Source of the DNA: Octopus sinensis
Taxonomy: Eukaryota
NCBI RefSeq assembly: GCF_006345805.1
Contig: NC_042999.1
Location: forward strand, 119,846,001-119,910,000
Direction: 5' to 3'
DNA length: 64,000 bases
The position numbers and the translations under genes were made by a program. The notes beneath the pieces were generated by a model. The model was not told the origin of the DNA. It searched no databases and saw nothing but the letters and a program-made list of their open reading frames with translations. Shown piece by piece: positions 26,340-37,630 of the stretch. Within the stretch, counting starts at the first letter, position 1. Every line of letters begins with the position of its first letter.

Positions 26340-26507
26340 TTACAGTTCTATGTTGAAGAGATGAGGAATTATGTACATTATTTACATTTGACGGATATTT
26401 GTCCTCATCTTGTTTGTTGTTAACACAACGTTTCGGCTGATTTATCCACCAGCCTTCCTCAGGTGTCTTGGGGAAAGTTCGAAACTGGGTTCTCGTTCCT
26501 AAATGTA
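26340..26507 (-). mobile_element. Family E SINE 3' body
   Basis: Reverse complement matches 15545-15697 (GATGAGGACAAATATCCGTCAAATGTAAATAATGTACATAATTCCTCATCTCT). Confidence 0.9.
26422..26467 (-). ncRNA. Minimal type I hammerhead ribozyme motif in family E SINE
   Basis: GACAC-CUGAGGA-A-GGCUG(guggauaaau)CAGCC-GAAA-CG-UU-GUGUU: stem I GACAC/GUGUU, stem II GGCUG/CAGCC, palindromic ACGU stem III, extra A after A9. Confidence 0.7.
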
Positions 26508-26530
26508 CGCTGTGTGGACATGTAATGACA

Positions 26531-26610
26531 CCCTAACCCTAACCAAATCTAAATCTTGCCCTAACCTTAACTCTAAAAAGTAACCCTAAAAAGTAACCCT
26601 AAAACTAACC
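26531..26610. repeat. Degenerate interstitial (CCCTAA)-like repeats
   Basis: CCCTAACCCTAACC...CCCTAACCTTAACTCTAA...TAACCCTAA. Confidence 0.6.
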
Positions 26611-26722
26611 TTCCCCTTCATATCGTTACGTAGATGCATCGGGTCCTCTGTATTTAAGTAGTGCCATGAAACTAACGGTTTCTGTCTGTTCTTGAATGGC
26701 TTACAAAGATCGTCCACACTGC

Positions 26723-26932
26723 AAATGGCCAGTAAGTTAGGTAATTACTATTAGAAGACGAGGAGAATAAAAAAGTTACGGATAAGTACTCGAAATTTGC
26801 ACATCTTTCTCAGTTTCCAAACACTCTGGTACATCAAGCCAATATGTACACACAAGTTACACGAGCGAGTTCAACAGTGACACATTCGCGCGCACACATA
26901 GATATAGATACACACAAATGTAAGGCAATCAA

Positions 26933-26964
<32 letters not shown>

Positions 26965-27332
26965 TGTGTGTGAGTGTGTCTGTGTGTCTGTATGTGTGTG
27001 TTTGCTGTTCACTGACGAAACTTCGTGCTGCATTACTTTTGTGAAGTTTTGTCAGTGAACATGTCGCGGTTTCAAAGTGAAGAAAATATTTTGACACTAA
27101 TGAAATTTTAATGTTGGAGTGAAACTGGTACAGCTTAAATACAGTGGTCCCTTAACGTTACTACTTAAATACAGATGTACTACTTAAATACAAGTGTTAC
27201 GTACAAGACATATTGGCTTGATGGTACAGAGTGTTTGGAAACTGAGAAAAAGGTGCAAATTTCGAGTACTTATCTGTAAATTTTTTATTCTCCTCGTCTT
27301 CTAATAGTAATTACCTAACTTGCTGGCCATTT
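26723..27332. mobile_element. 125-bp inverted repeat pair, probably two opposed copies of a pogo/Tigger-like MITE
   Basis: Arms 26723-26847 and 27208-27332 differ at about 8 of 125 positions; TA-CAGTGGTCCC terminus-like motif at ~27140 and ACTACTTAAATAC subrepeats on both sides. Confidence 0.75.
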
Positions 27333-27499
27333 CTCACAGCTATCCCGCGTTCAAAATTTATATGGGTGTTTTGAGAATTTTCATTCAATAAATAACAAAT
27401 TACGTTTACATTAGTAGAATAATAAATAATATATTTATAATATAACTAATATATTTATAATATATTATTAATATATTTATAATAATAAATATAAATAAT

Positions 27500-27702
27500 G
27501 TCTGTGTTTGTTCCACCAACACCGCTTGACAACTGATGCTGGTGTGTTTACGTCCCCGTAACATTGCGGTTCGGCATAAGAGCCCGATAGAATAAGTACT
27601 AGGCTTACAAAGAATAAGTTGTAGGATAGATTTTCTCGACTAAAGGTGGTGCCCCAGCATGGCCACTGTCAAATGACTGAAACAAGTAACAGAGTAGAAG
27701 AA
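27500..27702 (+). mobile_element. Family B SINE tail
   Basis: Matches 24580-24790. Confidence 0.85.
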
Positions 27703-28064
27703 TATATTACGTATACATTAATAGAATAAACTGTCGGTTTTCCAAATACCGATTGAAAACTTAAAAGGGAAAGTGAGAGACTTTGCAAATGAGAATGGAA
27801 TACTCCGCAGTGAATGCAATGAATATTTAAATTTGCAGGAAATTGGAGTGAAAAGAATTGAAGAAAATTGAGAAATCGAAATGAATTTATGAAAATATTT
27901 CCAGACTATCAACCCTTTAATAATTGCTTTCTTTTAGTACTTTTGGTAATTCTTACATACTTAAGTAATAAGCAGCTTTCTCCATTATTGTATGGATACA
28001 TACACATTGGAAGAATTCATAAAAAAAAAGACGAAGGCAGTTGGAGAATTCACATATATATATT

Positions 28065-28260
28065 GTGACCATCTTAGGTCATGAATGACCATGGGATTGC
28101 ACCTAGAAAGTTACCCTCCGAGGCACAAGTCTGGGCAAGTTTGTTTATGGAAGACCAACAGTCGCCCACGCATACCAGCCTCCCCTCTCCACGCCACTGA
28201 TGTTATCCAAGGGAAAGGCAAAGGCCGATACTGCTTGGCGCCAGTGGTGTCGCAGCTCAT
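28065..28260 (-). mobile_element. Family C SINE 3' half
   Basis: Reverse complement of 61820-62000 (CCTAGAAAGTTACCCTCC, GGAAGACC..CAGTCGCCC). Confidence 0.85.
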
Positions 28261-28584
28261 TTAATAACGTGCAAGTGGCTGAGCACTCCACAGACACGTG
28301 TACCCTTAACGTAGTTCTCGGAGAGATTCAGCGTGACACAGAATGTGACAAGGCTGACCCTTTGAAATACAGATACAACAGAAACAGGAAGAAAGAGTGA
28401 GAGAAAGTTGTGATGAAAGAGTACAGCAGGGTTCACCACCACCCACTGCCGGAGCTTCGTGGAGCTTTAGGTGTTTTCGCTCAATAAACACTCACAATGG
28501 CCGGTCTGGGAATCGAAACCGCGATCCTCCGACCGCGAGTCCGCTGCCCTAACCACTGGGCCATTGCTAACCACTGGGCCATTG
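28261..28584 (-). mobile_element. Family D tRNA-derived SINE, full length, with duplicated 18-bp 5' end
   Basis: Head CAATGGCCCAGTGGTTAGGGCAGCGGACTCGCGGTCGGAGGATCGCGGTTTCGATTCCCAGACC (A and B boxes); CTAACCACTGGGCCATTG at 28549-28566 and 28567-28584. Confidence 0.85.
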
Positions 28585-28589
28585 ATGAT

Positions 28590-29330
28590 AGTCAGTTGGA
28601 GCCAAATCTGTACAATAGTGTGTTTGATTAACCAGTTCAAAGCATCAGACATTGGAATCAAAGACTTCTTTGCTGGAGAGTTATCTAGATAAAACAAGAA
28701 TTCTTTCGTCATATGTCCTGAGCGTTTTGACTTGATAGCTTTTCATAACTTCTTCAGCATGTTGGCATGGTACACTCCATTGACAGTGGGACCCTTTTCA
28801 AGCCAAAAAAACTCGAGCCTTTGGCATCCCCCAAGAATGAGACCGTCACCTTTCCTGTAGATTAAACGACCTCATCCTTCTTTGGAACAGGCGAGAAGGT
28901 ATGTTTCCACACCATAGATTATTTCCTTGTCTCCGGCTCTAAAGTGATGAATGTAACACTCCTACTGCTTGCGAAATGTTCGAAGAAACCAGGTGGATCT
29001 ATCTCAAACAGTTTCAGATTTTTCCGTGATGTAACGTTTTTGATTAAGTGTCAAAACATACGGCAGCACATTTGATCGGGAGTCTGGAAATACTTGATTA
29101 CACATTAATCATCTGATAAAGTATCTTCTCTACAGAAGCGTCATCTCGTAATGAAGCAACCACGTCAGCATGTATGTTGCTGGAATATAAACCATTTTCT
29201 GCAGGTTCTTGATAACACCACTACGCAAGATTTTGTCTATTTTCAAGAGAAGTCGCTAACAGTTACTTTTGAAGTCTTCCTTGAACAGTCATGTTTCAGT
29301 TCACCTGAAAAGAAACAATGAGGTTATTAT
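28590..29330 (-). mobile_element. Decayed mariner transposase, family 1
   Basis: WLEKGPTVNGVYHANMLKKL..AIKSKRSG..FYLDNSPA; 5' UTR matches 34870-34940. Confidence 0.8.
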
Positions 29331-30986
29331 TTTAAAATATTTGAAATTAATGCAAGCAAGATTTCACTGCTCAAGCATCACCCCTTCATAGTAAGCCTAT
29401 GTGCCTTTCAGCCCACCCTTGTATGCATGTGTGTGTTTATGTGTGCGCACGTGCGCGTGTGTATGCGTGTGTTCGTTTGTTTGTTTGTGTGTACGTATGT
29501 ATGTATGTATGTATGTATGTATGTATGTATGTATGTATGTGTATGCTTACACACAACCACTCAAGAACTTACATAAACCATACATATGTACTTTGTTCCA
29601 GTTTCATCCTACGTCACAAGGGTTTGTTAAGAATGTCAACTCTTAATATAAGCACATAATTTCACTATAGTTTGGATTATTTTCTTTAAAAAAGAATAAA
29701 TTCAATATTTTGCTTGATATTTATGATTCACTTTGAATTATTGCGGCATAGACATCCAGAAAGTTTTATTTTTTCAACTTGAGTTTCATGAAATTTCGCA
29801 AAATGTATACAGTCAAATACAGAACTTAAAATATCTTTCATCTATTTTTATTTTCTGAGAAAAGATTCTAGTTTTTTTTTTAAATTCCTGCACTCATTTA
29901 CATTATTACTTTGAATGGATTATTTTCATAATCAGCTACTTGTTCCAAAGCATACTGCTGTAGCTAAGAGCCTCCAATAGTCTTACTTTTTCTCTCTGGA
30001 ACTAAAAAGGGAAAAAATAAGAGAAAGCCAATTAACCTAAGACCTTTCCAATGAAAAAAATATAGCCTAATGCAAAATTTCATCTATTTCAAACATATAT
30101 GCAATCTTACATTCTCTTTTACATATTAAAATAAAATTATATGGCTTGGTGAACATATATCTTTACAAACGAAAGGTAAGTATTCAATGTATATCACATT
30201 AATATACATTATTTTAAATTGAAGTTTCTTGCGACGTTGTTCTAAGTTTTACGCTACTGATTATACAAACGTTTGTGTAATTTGCAAATGGAAACTCGGA
30301 GTAACATAAAAAAGATCAGTGTTCTAATTTACGTAATGATTCATCGCTTAGTTTTCGACAAATCAATAGGAATATTGAGATAGATATTAATGATAGTGAG
30401 TCAAAGTTAAGCTAGACTGGAGAATTAAAATTGAATGAACGCTTCATAGATAGGCGAAAATTTCGTTTCTCGACCGGGAGGGGACGAATAATATTTAAAA
30501 TCTAAAGTATCAAGCAGCACGTTATTTGGAAAACAGATACACGTGCATTTTGAAGTGTAGGTTAGATGTATGACAAAAGTTTAAGTAAAATCCAGAAAAC
30601 ATTGATATTAAGAAGATGCGTTTACATTACCGTATCGGGACACATTTGCGGGATGCTTCGTTGACAATGTGCGAGTCGTTAGCAGGAATATTGAGACACA
30701 ATCGAATAATACTTTCGTGTATGTATATATATATCAAGAGAGAGAGAGAGGGGGAGTAAATGTAAAGATAAGCAATGTAGGCAAGACGATATACGTAAAA
30801 TATTAAATATATTTAATCCAAAAAATGTACATGTGCATACATGTAAAAAAAAGTCCGACTTACACAGAATAGAAATGATATCTACTTGCCTAACTTGCTT
30901 GTCCTTGTATTTTCTCCTCTACCTGCCCAAGTTCAGATCGGTTGAGTACTACGAAGTGTATTCTATACAGAGAATACCAGTCTGTA

Positions 30987-31060
<74 letters not shown>
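30987..31060. repeat. (ATCT)n microsatellite
   Basis: Direct reading. Confidence 0.95.
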
Positions 31061-31544
31061 ACTTATATTAAAGGGATCAGAACAACCTCACCAACATGCT
31101 AGAGATAGATGCCGAATGACACAAAAAATCACATTATTTCTCCTACAACACATGTATGCATATGATTGTGTGGCTTTGGTGTCCGTACAGGCATGTATGA
31201 ATATTTGTGCTTACATACTTCAGAATATTGTGTAGAAGAAGATGACAGTATGTATTTCATTGCATTTAGCTTGAAATTAGTTCAATATACAATTAACTGG
31301 AAAGTTGCATTTATTATTTTTTATTTGCCAGTTTACAACTTGTGCTGTAGGAGAAATAAGGTGGTTTTTAGTGCCATTTGGCGTTTATCTCTATCATGTT
31401 GGTGAAGTTATTCGGATCCCTTTAATATAATTATGTATCTGATTATGAATTTAGTATATAAAAATTACCTACGAGGTTTTTAATTCACGCTGACCATTCA
31501 ATAAAATCATTAAAATGATCTCATCCTTAATTCTGTAAAGAATA

Positions 31545-31784
<240 letters not shown>

Positions 31785-32433
31785 AACAATGATAAATATC
31801 AAAGTGAGTTGTATACAGTAGCGGTAACACATCGTGACGTATTTTTGCCATTTCAATATGGCTAACCCCTAAGGGTGGATGCTACTGTAGTTTTTAGCCC
31901 CAGGAGGACACACTCCTCCAGCTGGCCATAGACACACTATCTGTGTCCTGTTAGTATTTGCAAAGGGACACAGATAGTGTGTCTATGGCCAGCTGGAGGA
32001 GTGTGTCCTCCTGGGGCTAAAAACTACAGTAGCATCCACCCTTAGGGGTTAGCCATATTGAAATGGCAAAAATACGTCACGATGTGTTACCGCTACTGTA
32101 TATAACTCACTTTGATATTTATCATTGTTTGATTTCACTTTTTCAATATCAGCGACAGTGGACGCTGGAAAAAGTATAAGTATTTGTGAAGGAAATCTAA
32201 TTCTCGGCGACAACTATGATTGTCACACGCTGACGAGAGGTCAATACCTCGAAACTCGAGTCCGTGTGTATCATAAGTTGAAGACGGGAAGGATGACTTC
32301 CCTTTGCAAATACTGACAGGACACAGATAGTGTGTCTATGGCCATCTCGAGGAGTGTGTCCTCCTGGGGCTAAAAACTACAGTAGCATCCACCCTTAGGG
32401 GTTAGCCATATTGAAATGGCAAAAATACGTCAC
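31785..32433 (+). mobile_element. Hammerhead-bearing ~353-bp partially tandem element with inverted partial copy (retrozyme or Penelope pLTR-like)
   Basis: 164-bp arms 31785-31948 and 31966-32129 (1 mismatch); 31966 onward repeats directly at 32319-32433 (period 353); HHR at 32224-32268; (TA)n on both sides. Confidence 0.9.
32224..32268 (+). ncRNA. Canonical minimal type I hammerhead ribozyme
   Basis: CACACG-CUGACGA-GAGGU(CAAU)ACCUC-GAAA-CUCGAG-UC-CGUGUG: all core bases, three stems, predicted GUC cleavage after 32262. Confidence 0.92.
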
Positions 32434-32464
32434 TAAATATATATATATATATATATAAATATAT

Positions 32465-32563
<99 letters not shown>

Positions 32564-32613
32564 ATATATATATATATATAATATATATATATAAATATAT
32601 AATATATATATAA

Positions 32614-32643
<30 letters not shown>
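32434..32643. repeat. Interrupted (TA)n array, right flank
   Basis: Direct reading. Confidence 0.95.
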
Positions 32644-32649
<6 letters not shown>

Positions 32650-32659
32650 ATCGAGTAGT

Positions 32660-33450
32660 AATTTGCTCCACTCTCTCCTTTGATCTCTCGGCCACTCACT
32701 GTTTTGCGAAACATTTTTGGGACATCAGACTCGAGAATGACACTCTGATCGCAAACCATTTCCATTTTGACCAGCTATTCCTTGCAATATGTCTCTGTTC
32801 GAATTGGTCTTTTCTCGTCACCAGTCAATATTCGGTCCAAAGAAACTTCATTCGTGACACATGACAGCAAAGAAGAGGTACGCATCCACTCTCTGTGCGC
32901 GATTAGACTTGGAAAGTTTGTGAAGAACCCATTGACCCAATTTGCTGAGTTTTTCTATGGCTCGAAGGTGTCGATGAATGATTGAATGACCAAATGTAAG
33001 CTGCCTCAACAGTTACGATGGGATTTTGTTCTACCAGGGTTTGCTCTACGTCATTGTCGAGCTCTACAAATCTTTCAGCGCGAGGCTGGTCTTCTGGGCT
33101 GTAGTTTCCGGCTCGGAATTTCTGGAACCACAGTTGACACTGGCATACGCTTATTATCGATCCCCATTCCCTGCATCGGTATTCCTCGCAATTTCTCTTG
33201 CGTTATTGCCTTTATTGAACTTATAAAGCAACATATGCCGAATATGCTCCTTCGACACTTCCATTATAACTTTGAAAAAATAACTGTTAAAATCGAACTG
33301 CGCTCCTCAAAACTTGCACTAAGAATAAGCCAAGGTAAAATTACTACCTGCTTTATAGCAAGTTGATGCAAGTAGTTTCTCCCGTCTCGCTCTGACTTTT
33401 AGTTCATACAATTGATAAAGCCACATTATTTATGGGAAGATCCAATATAT
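32660..33450 (-). mobile_element. Decayed mariner 5' half, family 2
   Basis: Terminus TATTGG.TC.TCCCATAAATAATG at ~33445 and strong similarity to 59700-60295; minus frame MEVSKEHI.HMLLY. Confidence 0.8.
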
Positions 33451-33469
33451 AGATATACGATGGTTTTCT

Positions 33470-33620
33470 TTCGGTTTCTGTCTACCAAGTCTTCTCAGAA
33501 GGCTTTATTCGATCCAAGGTTATAGTAAAAAGCCACTTGCCCAAGGTGTTATACACTCATGCAATGGGACTGTACACCGGAGCATGTGCTTAGCAAGCAA
33601 GCGTTCTACTACACAACCTC
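33470..33620 (-). mobile_element. Family B SINE head, decayed
   Basis: CACTTGCCCAAGG, GGGACTG..CC motifs. Confidence 0.65.
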
Positions 33621-33624
33621 ATCT

Positions 33625-33847
33625 GCGAGCTGGCAGAATCGTTAGCACACCGGGCGAAAGGCTTAGAGGTGTTTCATCTGCCATTACGTTCTGAGTTCAA
33701 ATTCCGCCGAGTTCGACTGTGCCTTTCATTCTTTCGGGGTTGATTAAATAAGTACTAGTTACGCACTGGTACTTATGTAATCGACTTAATTCATTTGTCT
33801 TTGTTTGTCCCCTATATGTTTAGCCCCTTGTGGGCAATTAAGAAATA
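33625..33847 (+). mobile_element. Family A SINE
   Basis: GCGAGCTGGCAGAATCGTTAGC...GAGTTCAAATTCCGCCGAG...CCCCTTGTGGG. Confidence 0.85.
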
Positions 33848-34771
33848 TATATACATATAGATAGATAGATGTGTGTGTACGTGTGTGCTTGCGCGCATGC
33901 ATATCTGCGTATGTGATTAAAAGTTTCACTCAAAATATAACTGTAACAAAGAAACGATTTGGATTTTATAAGAAAATGATATAAAATAGAAACTAAGATG
34001 TTATAAACTAAGAGTGCTTCAGTGAGGTGACTAAGAAATACAAACGCGTTTCTTGAATCAAAGCCAGGTGGTAAAAGAGTTTATTTGAAACCCAAGCGAT
34101 TCTCGATTCGATCCATTTGCATGCACTTTTGACGTGCTTCTTCTACCGATGCTTGATTTTGACTAATACCTTCCGAATGGAAAAGTCTATAGATAGAAGG
34201 TAACATATATGAGAAGGTCCTTTTATGTTTACACAGGGTAAATTAGTGTTTTGTATTTAGGGAGGGTCCTGCAATAGAGGGTAAATGAGGCTCAAGAGTC
34301 GGTACGATCGTCAAAATTTTATGGCGTAGGCAACCGAACGTGGTTGCAGACAAATTAATGAAAACCGATTAAATAAATGAAAATATAATCAAAATGTACA
34401 AAAATAGTAAAACGAGTGGATGATGCAGACCAAAAAGATCAGAGAGGTAAATAACATGAGAACGGTGAGCTAGATTCTTTCTTTGTTAAAAATTTTTTCT
34501 TAGATAATTGCCCATCAGAATGTAAAAACCTATCGATGTGATCTGACACATACCAAATTCAATATTTTCTTTCGAGGAAGGAAATACAATGACTGTAAGA
34601 GATTTGAAATCTATAACCTATTAACTGGTAATCTGACACTTTTTTTTCATCCTCCATTTCATTGGATGGATTAACGAATATACGTCTAGATGATCGCCTA
34701 ACTTGCAAGAAATATTAACCAAATGACCCTCAGGTCATACCTTGCAGTTTTATAAGAGAAGGACTTGTTGC

Positions 34772-36029
34772 GTGTGAGGGATGAATAGTTTATAGTCCGA
34801 CTATGAAGGAGCTAGAGCTGTGAAATATTGCATGCCTTAATTTCAGTTCTTGCTTTTAACAATGGCATTGTTTTATTCCAGGTAAACTTTCATCTGTCTG
34901 TTCAAAGAAAACTTCAAATGTAACTACTAGCAACTTCTTTTGAAAATTGGTAAAATTTAGCATCATGACGTTATCAAGTACTTACAGAAAAAAAGGTTCA
35001 GTCCCCAAGGACATACATGCTGGTATGCTTCCTACGTTCGGAGGTAAGGCTCCAGCTTTATCTACAGTGCAGGCAGGAGTGGGCAGTAGGATTTAAGAGC
35101 GGAAGGGAAAGCCTTGAAGATGATCCAAGGTCTGGGCATCCTGCAAATACCACTACTGAGGAAAACATTGATTATGTTCAGTACATGGGGATTGATAGCA
35201 GGTGATAGACTATAAATCAAATAGCCAATGGTATCAGTATATCCTTGCTCAATGGACGAAGTCTTCTTCTTATTGTATGCTATGTTTTTTCATTCCTGAT
35301 CGAAAGCGCACCAGGCTGGTAACATCAGGGAAAAATCTGACGTTGTTTCAGACAGATCCAGCTGGTTTCTTTGAACGTTTCGCAACAAAGATGAGTGTTG
35401 GCTACAACGCTTTGAGCAAGAAACAAAGAGACAATATATGCTGTGAAAACGCTCCTCACTTGCTCCAAAGAAGGCCATGGTCGTTTCATCTACACGGAAG
35501 GTGAGGGTGTCAGTATTTTGGGATGCAAAGGCATTCTGTTTACTGAATATCTTCAAAAGGGTTGCACCATTAATGGAGCGTACTATGCCATCTTGCTCAG
35601 GAAATTTCAAATGTCTATCAAGACCAAGCGCCCTAGAGAGCTGACGGAAGTATTCTTAATTCACTAGGACAGTTCTCCAGCACACAAGTCCTTTGTTTCA
35701 ATAGCTGCTGTGCATGGCTGTGACTTTGACTTTGGACTGGTCGGTCACCGTCCATATTCTCTGAATTTGGCCCCATCTAACTATCGTCTGTTCCCTGACA
35801 TGAAAAAACACATTGCTCTGAACCAGTATCGCAGTGATGACACCACATCAGCTGTTGGGTGGCATTTTTTTTTACCAAAACAATGACAGTCTCTTTACCA
35901 AGCACTGCACCACCGATGGAAGAAGGGTGTGCACCACAAGGGAGACCATTTTGAAAAATAGACATCATTTAGTCACATTCCATGGGAGTATCGCGGTCAG
36001 TCTATGAACTTTGCATGCCGAACTTCGTA
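34772..36029 (+). mobile_element. Near full-length (~1.26 kb) decayed mariner element, family 1
   Basis: VIKYLQKKG, FKSGRESLEDDPRSG.P..TTTEENID, FWDAK, TINGAYYA.LL, YSLNLAPSNY (YSPDLAPSDY-like); diverged TIRs at ~34772-34805 and ~35994-36029. Confidence 0.88.
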
Positions 36030-36509
36030 ATTAAATTATTCTTGAATAAACCGCACCCAAAGGGAAACGCGATAAATGATGGGAGATTTTCAATCATAGA
36101 TCCACTTTATCAGGTACAAGAGCAATCTAAGCAGCAACAATCCCACCATGACGCCCGTATGTTACCCATTGTGTTTTCCCATGGAAAATTCACTTTTTAT
36201 GCGAAGGGATTGGCAAGTCTTTTTTTTATATGAACACTCATTCATGCGGGCATATCTTCCCACGTCACTCCACTGATGTTATGCATGAGAAAGTCCAGAG
36301 CCGATAGAGCTTGGCACAACTGTTATCGCAAGCAAACGTTGCTTTCAGAATTCAAAGATACTGCAAGTTATTTCCTCAGACGCTCTGAGAATACCAATGA
36401 TTCCCGACTCTAGTTTGCTAATTTGTCAAACTCGAAATTATGCTGAACAATTTGCCTTCGGCATGATTTGAACTGTAATCACTGAAATGTTTTCAATTTA
36501 ATTTCCCGC

Positions 36510-36510
36510 C

Positions 36511-36597
<87 letters not shown>
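36510..36597. repeat. (AAT)n microsatellite
   Basis: Direct reading. Confidence 0.95.
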
Positions 36598-36598
<1 letters not shown>

Positions 36599-37512
36599 GA
36601 AATAATAGTGATGACACGTTTTAGATATCAACATTCGATGATTCGAAATTCGAGTTTAACTGAGAGAGTACTGACTCAATCAGTTAGGTACATGGTAAGT
36701 ATATAGATTCATTATAATATTGTTTTGTTTTATTTGGTGCATGTGGTATATTTAGATGAGTGTGATTGTAATCATTTGAATCGACCCTAGCATAAAAAGC
36801 TTAATTGTTTATATTATTGAATTTAGAATAAGAAATTCAAAGTTGAAACAGAATTTGAACTAAAATTTCAAAAGAATGGGACTGAATGTATAAGGCATTT
36901 AGTGCGGTAATTTTATAGTTTCCTTTAACTTCCCTTAAATTTATAGTCATATTTCTTATTCCTCTATAATAGATGAGATTGCTGGCACGCTGCCTAATGG
37001 GGGAATTCTCTCTCACTTTTCTCATTAATTGGCTTCACAGTGGACAGTTATTGCAATATCTAACTGGCATTTGATAGCATTTCTTTAAAAGCCAGCTTTC
37101 TAGGTGATAACCTTGCTTAATACTGTCTAACGTTGATAACATGAAATGATTTCGTGTTTTATATAGAAAGTTATTGAAGTTGAACAGTTTGGGAGTGTTG
37201 AACCAAAGAGAAAATATTCAAAATCCTACGGTATGGTCATAAGCAATATAAATTATGTATCCCAATCAATGAGGTTAAAATATGTGTCGTTATTATTCAG
37301 CGAATTAGTAATGATAATAGAAGAGTGTTGTAGATTGCTGAGGGCAATGTGAAATATGAAAGCAATTAATGCATTATAGAAGGTGATAGTAAATTTAACA
37401 TAAAGAATAACACTAGCAAAGATTTTGGACAGTTACTTTACAAACATCTAATTAATTTTGACATTTCGTGTTAAAACACTTTTACAATGACTTGAAAAAA
37501 TAAGAAAGAAAC

Positions 37513-37630
37513 ATGAAGTTCACGTCCCTTCCATTGGCGTGTCGAATTCTTGTATGTGTTATTCTCATTGCCAAGTGCGTAGAAATGTGTGCTTCAGAAT
37601 GTGTTCCATGGGCTGTCATTGGCAAAGCAG
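37513..37630 (+). CDS. Candidate signal-peptide-like first exon or 40-aa small ORF
   Basis: AAAC-ATG; MKFTSLPLACRILVCVILIAKCVEMCASECVPWAVIGKA; possible donor CAG/GTTGAT at 37630/37631; no homolog recognised. Confidence 0.2.

Noticed and set aside
27735-27870. Coding-like stretch IPIENLKGKVRDFANENGILRSECNEYLNLQEIGVKRIEEN
   Set aside because: No start or splice support and no recognisable family
28500-28584. tRNA-like sequences here and at 61675-61745, 24381-24450, 15425-15480
   Set aside because: They continue into SINE bodies present in multiple copies and lack a complete acceptor stem; SINE heads, not tRNA genes
36972-37075. Strong acceptor TTCTTATTCCTCTATAATAG followed by short frames; similar acceptors at ~38267, ~41120 and ~41810
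   Set aside because: Frames close quickly and no compatible partner exon could be found
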